Shown here one piece after another: positions 17,790 through 26,666 of a stretch of DNA of 35,784 nt. The notes below the pieces were generated by a model, which worked only from the letters and a program-made list of their open reading frames with translations, did not search any database and was not told where the DNA came from. Source of the stretch: an uncultured Holophagaceae bacterium (GTDB taxonomy: Bacteria > Acidobacteriota > Holophagae > Holophagales > Holophagaceae). Both the position numbers and the translations under genes were made by a program. The stretch covers positions 1-35,784 of the forward strand of contig CAIXHJ010000521.1 in the NCBI GenBank assembly GCA_903919165.1, given 5' to 3'. The first letter of the stretch is position 1. Every line of letters starts with the position of its first letter.

Positions 17790-19490
17790 TCATGGCTGGT
17801 AGCCCTGGTCGTGGATGTCCATGACCGCCCGGCCGGAAGGGTCGGCCATCTTCGCGAAAGAAGCGTCCCAGCGCAAGGCCGTTTCCGTGCTGCAGGCCAC
17901 GCTGCGCTCGAAGGGGACGCAGTTCACCGCGGTGGCACTGGGGAAGTGGTGCTCGAAGATCTGCCGGTAGAGGAAGGCCTCCTTGGTTTCGGGCGTCTTG
18001 ACGGGAAAACGTTCCGCAGCGCCGTGCATCATGCCCTCCGTGATTTCGCGCTCGGCCGCGGCTTTCAGTCCGTTGATCCAGGCGTAGCCGACGCCATCGG
18101 AGAACTGCTCCTTCTGGCGCCAGAGGACCTCGTCGGGGATGGCGCCGTCGAAGGCGATTCGCAGCGGGTACTTCTCGATGGGCCGGGGTCGGGCGGCATT
18201 CCTGGGCAGCTTCACGGAGGGATCCATCCGCATGGCCACGTCGAGGAATTCCCGGTCCAGGAAGGGAACCCGGGCCTCGACGCCCCAGGCGGCGCTGGAC
18301 TTGTTGGCGCGGGCGCAGTCGTAAAGATGCAGTTTTTGGAGTTTCCGCACCGTTTCCGCATGGAGTTCTGGGCCGTCCGGCGCCTTGTGGAAGTAGAGGT
18401 AGCCGCCGAAGATTTCGTCAGCTCCTTCACCCGACAGCACCATCTTGATGCCCATGGCCCGGATCTTCCGCATGAGGAGGTACATGGGCGTCGAAGCCCG
18501 GATGGTGGTGATGTCGAAGGTCTCGACGTGGTAGATCACGTCGGAAAGGGCGTCCAGTCCCTCCTGCACGGTGAAGTGGATCTCATGGTGGATGGCGCCG
18601 ATGTGGTCGGCCACCTTCCGGGCCGGAGCCAGGTCAGGCGCGCCTTCCAGCCCCACGGCGAAGGAGTGGATGCGGGGCCACCAGGCTGGCGCAGAGCCCC
18701 CCTCTTCCACGCGTCCTTCACGGTACTTGGCCGCGATGGAGGCGACCAGCGAGGAGTCCACGCCACCGGAGATGAGCACACCGTAGGGCACGTCGCACAT
18801 GAGTTGGCGGCGCACGGCGGCCTCCAGGGAATCGCGCAGGGCCACGGGATCGAAGGGCCCGTCCGGCACATGGCCGGGCACTGCCCAGTCCGGATGGTAG
18901 TAGCGCTGGAAGCCCTTGTCCGCCTCGTGGCCCAGATAGAAGTGGCCTGGCGGGACCTCACGGATGCGGTCGCAATGGCCCACCAAGGCCTTCATTTCTG
19001 ATGCTGCATACAGGTTCTCGTGCCGGTCCCAGCCCACGTAGAGCGGAACGACGCCAATGGGATCCCGGGCGATGAGGAAGGTCTCGCGCTTCGGGTCGTA
19101 CAGCACGAAGGCGAAGATGCCGTTCATGCGGTTGAGGAAGTCCCGGGGCGACAGCTCGTCGTAGAGGTAGAGGATCACCTCACAGTCCGACAGAGTCTGG
19201 AAGTCGTGGGCTTCCCGCAGGCCGTGGCGCAGGTCCCGGTGGTTGTAGATTTCGCCGTTGACCGCCAGCACCGTGCCCTGGAGCGTGTCGATCAGCGGCT
19301 GGGCGCCATGCTCCACGTCCACGATGGAAAGGCGCTCATGGACCAGAATGGCGTGGTCATCGCTGTAGATGCCGCTCCAGTCCGGCCCCCGGTGCCGGAG
19401 CTTCCGGGCCATGGACAGGGCCTGGCGGCGGAGTTCCGCAGGGTTCGACCGCACCGGATCGATGCCGAGGATGGTGAGGATGCCGCACAT
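17790..19490 (-). CDS. asnB: Asparagine synthetase B (glutamine-hydrolysing)
   Basis: N-terminal MCGI nucleophile Cys, HRGPDWSG, NGEIYNH, SGGVDSS, TTIRASTPM, SGEGADEIFGGYLYFH, WRQKEQFSDGVG, DPSGR. This is the E. coli AsnB type. GGAG SD precedes the start. Confidence 0.97.
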   Translation of the reverse strand: MCGILTILGIDPVRSNPAELRRQALSMARKLRHRGPDWSGIYSDDHAILVHERLSIVDVEHGAQPLIDTLQGTVLAVNGEIYNHRDLRHGLREAHDFQTLSDCEVILYLYDELSPRDFLNRMNGIFAFVLYDPKRETFLIARDPIGVVPLYVGWDRHENLYAASEMKALVGHCDRIREVPPGHFYLGHEADKGFQRYYHPDWAVPGHVPDGPFDPVALRDSLEAAVRRQLMCDVPYGVLISGGVDSSLVASIAAKYREGRVEEGGSAPAWWPRIHSFAVGLEGAPDLAPARKVADHIGAIHHEIHFTVQEGLDALSDVIYHVETFDITTIRASTPMYLLMRKIRAMGIKMVLSGEGADEIFGGYLYFHKAPDGPELHAETVRKLQKLHLYDCARANKSSAAWGVEARVPFLDREFLDVAMRMDPSVKLPRNAARPRPIEKYPLRIAFDGAIPDEVLWRQKEQFSDGVGYAWINGLKAAAEREITEGMMHGAAERFPVKTPETKEAFLYRQIFEHHFPSATAVNCVPFERSVACSTETALRWDASFAKMADPSGRAVMDIHDQGYQP

Positions 19491-19500
19491 CACAAACTCC

Positions 19501-19536
19501 AAAAGAAAAACCCCGATCCGCTGTCGCGAATCGGGG
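19501..19536 (-). terminator. Intrinsic terminator (attenuator) in asnB leader
   Basis: Minus strand CCCCGAUUCGC-GACA-GCGGAUCGGGG (11 bp, one G-U) followed by UUUUUCUUUU, ending 10 nt before the asnB ATG. Confidence 0.9.
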
Positions 19537-19557
19537 GTGGTCCGGGAAATCAGGAAT

Positions 19558-19644
19558 CTAAGAGAGACCCTCACCGGCCCACGCGCGATCCGCGCGGGGG
19601 AGCCGATTGGGATTGCGGTTGGGCCGCAGGGAAGGGAGGGTCAT
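19558..19644 (-). CDS. Putative asnB leader peptide MTLPSLRPNRNPNRLPRADRAWAGEGLS
   Basis: 28-codon ORF between the promoter and the terminator, with Asn at codons 9, 11 and 13 and a weak SD (AGGT) upstream. Confidence 0.72.
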   Translation of the reverse strand: MTLPSLRPNRNPNRLPRADRAWAGEGLS

Positions 19645-19659
19645 AAAGTACCTGGATGG

Positions 19660-19689
19660 ATGATATCTGGTTGTTTCACAGATCGTCAA
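19660..19689 (-). promoter_or_regulatory. Putative sigma70 promoter for leader-asnB
   Basis: Minus strand TTGACG-18 bp-TATCAT, ending 15 nt upstream of the leader ATG. Confidence 0.72.
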
Positions 19690-19753
19690 ACGCTTATCCG
19701 GATTCTTGCTCCCCTTCTCCAGGGTGGTGAAAATGAAAGGGTCGGAGGCGCCC

Positions 19754-20785
19754 ATGAAAGCCCTGCTGAAGTCTAAGCGTGAGGAAGGCATCTGGATGGG
19801 CGAAGCCCCCATGCCCGAGATGGGACCGAACGACGTGTTGATCCGGATCCACAAGAGCGCCATCTGCGGCACGGATGTCCACATCTACAACTGGGACGAC
19901 TGGGCCCAAAAGACCATCCCGGTCCCCATGGTAGTGGGCCACGAGTATGTCGGCGTCATCGAGAAGGTGGGTGACGAGGTGGAGGGCTACCATCCTGGGG
20001 ACCGGGTCAGCGGCGAAGGCCACATCACCTGCGGCCACTGCCGGAACTGCCGCGCGGGCAAGCGCCACCTGTGTCGCAACACCGTGGGCGTGGGCGTCAA
20101 CCGCACCGGCTCCTTCGCGGAGTACCTCAGTCTTCCGGCCTTCAACGTGTTCAAGGTGCCAGACAATGTGTCGGACGAGGCGGCCTCCATCTTCGACCCG
20201 TATGGCAATGCCGCCCACACGGCTCTCAGCTTCGACATGGTGGGCGAGGATGTGCTGATCACGGGCGCGGGCCCCATCGGCATCATGGCCGTGGCCATCG
20301 CCAAGCACGTGGGTGCCCGCCACGTGGTCATTACGGACGTGAACGAGTACCGGCTCGAGCTGGCCCGGAAGATGGGCGCCACACTGGCCGTGAATCCCAT
20401 GAAGAAAGACCTTCCCGAGGTGATGAAGGACCTCCACATGAGCGAGGGCTTCGACGTCGGCCTGGAGATGAGCGGCAATCGCAACGCTTTCGAGTCCATG
20501 CTGGAGGCCATGCACCACGGCGGTCGCGTGGCGCTGCTGGGCATCCTGCCGGGCGACTGCGCCGTGGACTGGAGTCAGGTGATCTTCAAGGGACTGATCC
20601 TGAAGGGAATCTACGGTCGGGAGATGTTCGAGACCTGGTACAAAATGGCCGCCATGCTCCAGAGCGGCCTGGACATCACGCCCGTCATAACCCACCGGTT
20701 CAGCATCGATGATTTCCAGAAGGGCTTCGATGCCATGCGGAGCGGGCAGAGCGGGAAGGTGATCCTGGATTGGGAAGTGAGGTAG
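19754..20785 (+). CDS. tdh: L-threonine 3-dehydrogenase
   Basis: MKALLK start after [53 protein letters not shown]. Confidence 0.97.
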   Translation: MKALLKSKREEGIWMGEAPMPEMGPNDVLIRIHKSAICGTDVHIYNWDDWAQKTIPVPMVVGHEYVGVIEKVGDEVEGYHPGDRVSGEGHITCGHCRNCRAGKRHLCRNTVGVGVNRTGSFAEYLSLPAFNVFKVPDNVSDEAASIFDPYGNAAHTALSFDMVGEDVLITGAGPIGIMAVAIAKHVGARHVVITDVNEYRLELARKMGATLAVNPMKKDLPEVMKDLHMSEGFDVGLEMSGNRNAFESMLEAMHHGGRVALLGILPGDCAVDWSQVIFKGLILKGIYGREMFETWYKMAAMLQSGLDITPVITHRFSIDDFQKGFDAMRSGQSGKVILDWEVR

Positions 20786-20884
20786 CTCGCTGCGCCTCGG
20801 CAACATCTGCAAAATGCGGCCATGGGTCGTAGTTGGTTAACTGCGCACGCAGGTGCGCAGCCTGCCACCAGGCTAATTGGAACC

Positions 20885-21508
20885 TCAACGTACAGGCTGA
20901 GGCTGCGGAATTGGCGGGAAGGCTGACTCACCCCAAGGGACCCCGTCCTTGACGAGGATGTCGGCAGCGAGGCCTTCACCGCCGGGCTGGAGGTCGGTGC
21001 CGAGGCAGGCCATGTAGTAGCCGTCGGATTTGGTGTTGAATTTCTGTCTGGCAGGCCCCCGCTTGACCTGGATGTTCTCGATGGGACGGGCGACATAGGG
21101 ACGGTATAGGAAGGGATGACCCCAGGGCGCTTCGGGCACCCGGTCGAGGTACTCCGGCAAAAGATCGTTCAACGACAAGGGGTACTCGCCTTTCTTGGCC
21201 CTGTAGCGGATCAAGGCATCCGTGATGCGCTTCATGGCAGCGCGCACCTGCTTCTGGCGGTCTGATATGTCGCGGTTCACGAAGGCCTCGATGAGGTAGA
21301 GGTCGCGCTTGGCCTGTCGGGCTGCCTCCGTATCCGGATAGCGTTCCGTAAGCTGTTTCATCATCGCCCGGGCCTCAAGGCTGCGCCCTTCGAGGTTCAA
21401 CTTCCGGGCTTCCTCGTAGAGATTGGCCGGAAGCCGCGGGTCTTCGGACTGGCACCCGGCCAATGTCAGGATGAGGACCAGGGCGGGGGCGAACCGGGAA
21501 GGATGCAT
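20885..21508 (-). CDS. Lipoprotein with TPR-like helices and C-terminal GspG (T2SSG)-like domain
   Basis: Lipobox LAG-C. YPLSLNDL...YLDRVPEAPWGHPFLY...LGTDLQPGGEGLAADI resembles the GspG head pattern (DPWG...GxDGxxGGEGxxxDI). Confidence 0.7.
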   Translation of the reverse strand: MHPSRFAPALVLILTLAGCQSEDPRLPANLYEEARKLNLEGRSLEARAMMKQLTERYPDTEAARQAKRDLYLIEAFVNRDISDRQKQVRAAMKRITDALIRYRAKKGEYPLSLNDLLPEYLDRVPEAPWGHPFLYRPYVARPIENIQVKRGPARQKFNTKSDGYYMACLGTDLQPGGEGLAADILVKDGVPWGESAFPPIPQPQPVR

Positions 21509-21729
21509 GGGCCGAACCATAGCAGAGCCAGAGGCGACCTTGAAGTATGCCGTCGTACAAAAACCACCAGTCCGTTCCGATGGCGAGGACGGCAAGAGGG
21601 GCCCTAACGGAACAACCAGAAAAGCACCGGTAATTCCGCAACGGCCCCTAAGATAGATCGAGGGGGGTGCCATGGGAGGCAGACCGATGCTGGATGGCAT
21701 CGTGGGAGGATCAATGGAGCGTGGATTTC

Positions 21730-22050
21730 ATGTTTGAAACCGCATCCAACCTTGACGCCCAGGCATTCAGGGCTCTCGATCCTACCGAGGTCCAGATCCT
21801 GGATGTCCGTGAACGCTGGGAGTATGAGCTAGCACGCCTTCCGGGGGCACTGCTCATCCCGATGGGGGAGCTGGCGGATCGTGTAGGGGAATTGGATTCG
21901 GCCAGGCCCCTGGCCACCTACTGCCACCACGGCGTTCGTAGTCTGTATGCCCTTGGTCTTCTCAGTGCGGCTGGGTTTACGATGTTGGCCCACCTTTCGG
22001 GTGGCATCGACGCCTACAGTCGGCTGGACCCCAGGGTGCCGAGGTACTGA
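21730..22050 (+). CDS. Single-domain rhodanese (sulfurtransferase)
   Basis: ILDVRERWEY, YCHHGVRS, LSGGIDAY. GGAG SD upstream. Confidence 0.9.
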   Translation: MFETASNLDAQAFRALDPTEVQILDVRERWEYELARLPGALLIPMGELADRVGELDSARPLATYCHHGVRSLYALGLLSAAGFTMLAHLSGGIDAYSRLDPRVPRY

Positions 22051-22655
22051 TGAAGCTGCTGCACCGTCATTCCGCTGGGTTCAATCCCGCGACCCCATGG
22101 GCCCAGGAGTCCGAGAGCATCCGGCAGGATTCGCGGCTGTTCCAGCAGATCGTGGCCCAGCGGCGAAGCCCTCACACGGGCATGGAGCATGCCTTCTACC
22201 GCTTGCAGGGACCAGATTGGGTGAACGTGGTGGCCTTCACGCGGCCTGGCGAGCTGCTGGTGGTGGAGCAGTTCCGCCACGGTATCGATGCCGCGACGCT
22301 CGAGATTCCAGGGGGGGGATGCGATCCCGGGGAGATCCCTTCCGAGGCGGCACGGCGCGAACTGCGGGAGGAAACAGGATTCGTGTCGGGGCAGTGGGTG
22401 GCCCTGGGATCCTGCACGCCCAATCCTGCCACTCAGAACAACCGTTGCTATACCTTCTTGGCTCTGGACTGTGATCCCGACGGGGCCCTGGAACTGGATC
22501 CGGCGGAGGAGCTGCAGGTCTGGGCCGTCGCCTGGCCCGAATGGCAGGCCCGCATGCGCCGCGGGGAAATCCACCACGCCCTGGTTCTCACCGCCTTCCA
22601 ACTCCTCAGCCTCTGGGAAGGCTGGCCCGCCCTGCTCCGGCAACTGGAGGCTTGA
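22050..22655 (+). CDS. NUDIX hydrolase (ADP-ribose pyrophosphatase-like)
   Basis: Nudix box GGCDPGEIPSEAARRELREETG. TGATG overlap with the previous gene. Confidence 0.92.
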   Translation: MKLLHRHSAGFNPATPWAQESESIRQDSRLFQQIVAQRRSPHTGMEHAFYRLQGPDWVNVVAFTRPGELLVVEQFRHGIDAATLEIPGGGCDPGEIPSEAARRELREETGFVSGQWVALGSCTPNPATQNNRCYTFLALDCDPDGALELDPAEELQVWAVAWPEWQARMRRGEIHHALVLTAFQLLSLWEGWPALLRQLEA

Positions 22656-22656
22656 A

Positions 22657-23724
22657 GTGGCCCGTTCCGCCCTGCTCCTGCTTGGTCCTGCTGCTCTGAT
22701 GGCTCAGACACCCGCTCCGATCGTACCGTCTTGCCAGATTGCGGGCGTCCCCAACCCCCAGTTCGAATCCGAGCTGAATGCAGCCGTCCGTGCCCTGGCT
22801 CCCACGGAACGGAAGGCCTTCTTCAAGGCGCTGCGCGCCAAACAGCGCGAACTCCACCATCGCATTCTTGAGGTGGAGCGTGGCTTGCGGGAGTCCCAGT
22901 CCCTGAGGAATACGTTGGAGAGGGAACACTCCCCGTACCTCGCCAAGGGCCAGGTACTGGTGGACAGCCAGGCCAGCCTGCTGGCGACATTCCGGGAGAT
23001 GGACAAGGTCATTGCCCGGACCCGATGGGAGGAGGATCCCCTGAAACTCGACGCGGACGAGCTCAAGGTGGATCTCTATGGCGGCTTCCAGTTCTCCAGC
23101 CTGTTCAGCGAACAGGACCCGAACGGCTCCTTCTTCTCCAAATCCAGGCCCTCCGTGGCCCTGGACATCCGCCAGACCTTCCGTCGCCCGGCCCAGGACA
23201 CCTGGTGGGAGGTGTTCAGCACCCTTTCGTTCCAGTCCTCGAGCCTGGAGAGTTCGGATGCCGTCAATGTGATCACCAGCAGCGGCCAGTTCCACGGCGA
23301 AGCGGGAATCTGGTGGATGGAGACCCTCACCGAGCGTGTGAGCTGGGGCGTGGTGGGCTCGGCTGGTGTGGTGGGGTACAGCCAGCCCGTGGTCCAGGCG
23401 GATCTGACGAGCACTTCCCGGGACCATTTCCGCAATGAGTTCAAATTGGGCTTGACCACCCGCCAGGAGGTGGGCGCATTGAAGGGCTCGTTCGCCGAGT
23501 GGTCCTATCTCCGCGACCCGCTCTTCCACGACCCGGACAGGCTATTCCTGCGGGGTCGGGTCGTGCTCACCCAGTTCGGCTCCGAGGGCGCCAGTGGCGA
23601 TTTCTACATGGAGGGTTCGGTCAACAAGGGCCGCCACGGGAAGGACGAAGCCGTGATACTGGTGGGTGTCCGCCTCAGCACAGTGGCCTTCTTCCGAAGC
23701 CTCGGGGGCGGGGCCAAGCCGTGA
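22657..23724 (+). CDS. Hypothetical exported protein (N-terminal coiled coil, beta-rich C-terminus)
   Basis: GTG preceded by GGAGG (22646-22650), signal-peptide-like MARSALLLLGPAALMA-Q, coding-like codon bias. Confidence 0.7.
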   Translation: MARSALLLLGPAALMAQTPAPIVPSCQIAGVPNPQFESELNAAVRALAPTERKAFFKALRAKQRELHHRILEVERGLRESQSLRNTLEREHSPYLAKGQVLVDSQASLLATFREMDKVIARTRWEEDPLKLDADELKVDLYGGFQFSSLFSEQDPNGSFFSKSRPSVALDIRQTFRRPAQDTWWEVFSTLSFQSSSLESSDAVNVITSSGQFHGEAGIWWMETLTERVSWGVVGSAGVVGYSQPVVQADLTSTSRDHFRNEFKLGLTTRQEVGALKGSFAEWSYLRDPLFHDPDRLFLRGRVVLTQFGSEGASGDFYMEGSVNKGRHGKDEAVILVGVRLSTVAFFRSLGGGAKP

Positions 23725-23798
23725 ACTCTCGCCCCCGTCTGTTCCTTAGACTAGGCGAGGAGCTAGTCTGATGGCTGGATCCAATTAAGGAGCGCCCC

Positions 23799-24296
23799 AT
23801 GGCCAGTGAATGTTCCTTCGATGTCATATGCAAGGTGGACCTGGACGAGGTGAAGAATGCCCTGTCCCAAGCTATGAAGGAGATCGGTCAGCGCTACGAC
23901 TTCAAGGGGTCCGTATCGAAGATCGAGCTCAAGGATGACAAGGTCCTCGTGCTCAGCAGCGATGACGAAGTCAAGCTCAAGGCAGTCATCGATGTGCTGC
24001 AGACCAAGCTGCACAAGCGGGGTGTCAGCATCCGGAGCATGGTCTACGGCAAGATCGAGCCGGCGGCCAAGGGCACGGTACGGCAGGAGGTTACGATCAA
24101 CCAGGGCATTCCCGTGGAGAAGGCCAAAGGCCTCATCAAGGCCGTGAAGGACGCCAAGATCAAGGTCCAGGCCAGCATCCAGGGGGACCAGCTCCGGGTG
24201 AGCGGCAAGAGCCGGGACGACCTTCAGGAGGTCATCGCCCTTTTCAAGAAGGATGACCAGGGGTTGGATCTGCAGTTCACGAATTACAGGGGATGA
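23799..24296 (+). CDS. yajQ: YajQ family nucleotide/c-di-GMP-binding protein
   Basis: SFDVICKVD, RYDFKGS, KVQASIQGDQLRVSGKSRDDLQ, LQFTNYR. Confidence 0.96.
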   Translation: MASECSFDVICKVDLDEVKNALSQAMKEIGQRYDFKGSVSKIELKDDKVLVLSSDDEVKLKAVIDVLQTKLHKRGVSIRSMVYGKIEPAAKGTVRQEVTINQGIPVEKAKGLIKAVKDAKIKVQASIQGDQLRVSGKSRDDLQEVIALFKKDDQGLDLQFTNYRG

Positions 24297-24297
24297 G

Positions 24298-25293
24298 TTG
24301 AGCCGCCTTGACCTCTCCCGCTATTTTCTCCCCATCGCCCCGAAATTGGCGGGTGTGGAGGCGGAACTCCAGCGCATCCTGCAGAGCGAGGTGCAGGTGG
24401 TCCAGAAGCTGGCGGACCACGTGCGGGGAGGACAGGGCAAGCGGCTACGCCCCGCCCTGGTGCTGCTGTCATCGCGGTTCTGCGGTGTGCAGAACCACGA
24501 TGACGTGCGCTTCGGCGCGGTGTTCGAGCTGATCCACACCGCCACACTGGTGCATGACAATGTCATCGATCATGCCCAGCTGCGCCGGGGCATGCCCACC
24601 CTGAACCGCCTCTGGGGCAACACGCTGACCGTGCTTTTCGGAGACCTGCTGTACCTGGTGGCCATGGACGCGGCCATCGCCTGCCGGAATTGGCGGATGA
24701 TGGAGATCCTGGCCGAAGTCACCACCCGCATGACCGAGGGCGAGCTCATCCAGAACGACGTGCTCTTCAAGCTCGACACCAGCCGCAAGGACTACTTCGA
24801 CATCCAGGAACGGAAGACTGCGCTTCTGTTCAGCGGCTGCACGGAAACCGGCGCCGTGCTCACGGGGCGGAACAAGGCCGATTGCCAGGCCATGCGGGGC
24901 TACGGCCTCGAGGTGGGCCGGGCTTTCCAGCTCATCGACGACATTCTGGACTACACCGCTACCAGCGCCCAGCTTGGCAAGCCCGCCTTCAGCGATCTGC
25001 GCGAAGGCAAGCTCACCCTACCCATGCTCACCCTGCTTGAACAAGCGGCCGACGAGGTGCGACCGCTGATCCGCACCATCTGGGACCGAGGCGAGGAAGT
25101 GCCCATTCCCCAAGCCGAGGAGGTCAAGCTCCGCGCCCTCATCGACAAGCACTGTGCACTGGCCGAAACCCGCGAACTGGCGTTGACGGCTTCGAGAAAC
25201 GCCGTGGCCCACGTGTCAGGCATGACCGGTGATGCAGACACGGGTCAGCTGCTGCGCGATATCCCCGAGGCCCTGCTCTCGCGGAGCATGTGA
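24298..25293 (+). CDS. Polyprenyl diphosphate synthase (IspB-like)
   Basis: GKRLRP, ELIHTATLVHDNVID...RRG, KTA, AFQLIDDILD, GK..SDLREGKLTLP. The TTG start is inferred. Confidence 0.92.
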   Translation: MSRLDLSRYFLPIAPKLAGVEAELQRILQSEVQVVQKLADHVRGGQGKRLRPALVLLSSRFCGVQNHDDVRFGAVFELIHTATLVHDNVIDHAQLRRGMPTLNRLWGNTLTVLFGDLLYLVAMDAAIACRNWRMMEILAEVTTRMTEGELIQNDVLFKLDTSRKDYFDIQERKTALLFSGCTETGAVLTGRNKADCQAMRGYGLEVGRAFQLIDDILDYTATSAQLGKPAFSDLREGKLTLPMLTLLEQAADEVRPLIRTIWDRGEEVPIPQAEEVKLRALIDKHCALAETRELALTASRNAVAHVSGMTGDADTGQLLRDIPEALLSRSM

Positions 25294-25310
25294 AGGAAGT
25301 GCCCGGGCCT

Positions 25311-26666
25311 TCAGTCATCCAGCAAGGTCATCAGTTCCTGGAACCGTGGGTGGGAACGGATGGAATCCAGGTCGCCATCGTGGAGGAACCAGTTCTTTTG
25401 GGATAGCCCACCGGCCACGGCCCAACTCAGACAGTCCAACGCTTCCTCGGGATCGCCTGCCAGGGCGTGGATGCACCCCAGGTTGTAGAGGAGCATCGGA
25501 TCGTTCGGGTCCATGCTCCGGGCCATCCTGGCCCAGGCAAGACCCTTCCCGCATTCACCCAGGGCCACCAGGGCGTTGGCACCCAGATAGCGAGCGCGCA
25601 CGTCATCCGGAGCCCGTTGCAGCCTTTCCTCCACCAAGGCCAGGCCCCGTCGCCGGGCCCGCTCAGCTTCGTCCTCCACACCCAAGCTGTGGTAGACCTG
25701 GGCCACGAGGAGGATGGCCTGGAAATCCTCCGGGCGCAGGGCCGCGGCCCATTCGAAGAACTCGACGGCCCTCTCCAGCTTGCCTGCGGCGAAGCAGTGA
25801 CGGGCATAGAAATAGGCGGCTTCGTAGAGGTTGGGATCCAGACGGAGAGCCGTTTCAAAGGCCTCCTCTGCCTCCGCCGCCAGACCCGCGGCCGAAAGGG
25901 CCACGCCCCGGGAGGCATGGGCCTCGGCCAGATTGGGATCCAATTCCAGGGCCCTTCGGCTGCAGGATTCCGCTAGAGCCCTCTGGTCCTCAGTGCGCTC
26001 GATGTAGATGTAGCTGTAGGCTGCGCAGTTGGACAGGCCCGCCCAGGCCGAGGCATAGTGTGGATCGATCTCTAAGGCACGACGGAACATCTGCGCTGCG
26101 AATCCCATGCCCTGGCGGCTGAACCGGAAGTAGTAATGCCGACCCCGGAGAAAGAACTCATAGGCACCCAGGTCCACCGTACGCCTCGGTCGGTTGGGAG
26201 GCGAGAACTGCAGTGCCGAGGCCACGCATCCGATAACATCCTCAAGGGTCGTGAAGAGATCCTGCCGCTCGAAGTCGCAGGACTTGGACCAGATCGCCTG
26301 GTCTGATCCCACCTCTACCAATTCAGCCCTCAAGGTCAGCAGATCACCCTTCTCCAGGAGGGCGCCGCCCAGGATGGCATCCGCATGGAGACGGCGGCCC
26401 ACCTCGGCCAGGCTCAGGTCCGATCCCCCATAGAGGAAGGACGTGGTCCTGGAAACCACCCTCAGGCCCTCCACCTGGTTCAGGGCCTGCAGCAGCTCTT
26501 CGGCGATCCCTTCCCCCAGGTGCTCATCGCCGTCATCCTGGCGCAGATCCAGAAAGGGCAGGACGGCCACCGTGCGCTGGTCCTTCACTGATAGTGGGGA
26601 CAAGATCCTTCCTTTCCCACGGATCGATTTGAATGATCGGGGAGGCCTGTCCAGTCGCAGGGTCAT
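25311..26666 (-). CDS. TolB N-terminal-like domain plus TPR repeat protein
   Basis: VAVLPF...GIAEELL..L....GLRVVSRTTSF, followed by repeated ALEIDP/ALELDP TPR motifs and LYNLGC. AGGAGG SD before ATG 26666. Confidence 0.85.
   Translation of the reverse strand: MTLRLDRPPRSFKSIRGKGRILSPLSVKDQRTVAVLPFLDLRQDDGDEHLGEGIAEELLQALNQVEGLRVVSRTTSFLYGGSDLSLAEVGRRLHADAILGGALLEKGDLLTLRAELVEVGSDQAIWSKSCDFERQDLFTTLEDVIGCVASALQFSPPNRPRRTVDLGAYEFFLRGRHYYFRFSRQGMGFAAQMFRRALEIDPHYASAWAGLSNCAAYSYIYIERTEDQRALAESCSRRALELDPNLAEAHASRGVALSAAGLAAEAEEAFETALRLDPNLYEAAYFYARHCFAAGKLERAVEFFEWAAALRPEDFQAILLVAQVYHSLGVEDEAERARRRGLALVEERLQRAPDDVRARYLGANALVALGECGKGLAWARMARSMDPNDPMLLYNLGCIHALAGDPEEALDCLSWAVAGGLSQKNWFLHDGDLDSIRSHPRFQELMTLLDD

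Noticed and set aside
19491-19660. T-box riboswitch upstream of asnB
   Set aside because: No T-box UGGNACC antiterminator bulge or stem I AG/GNUG motifs, and the leader is short. A leader-peptide mechanism fits better.
19645-19884. 108-aa ORF 19558..19884 as a real protein
   Set aside because: Its 5' part is antisense to tdh and crosses the promoter. Only the last 28 codons from ATG 19644 are supported.
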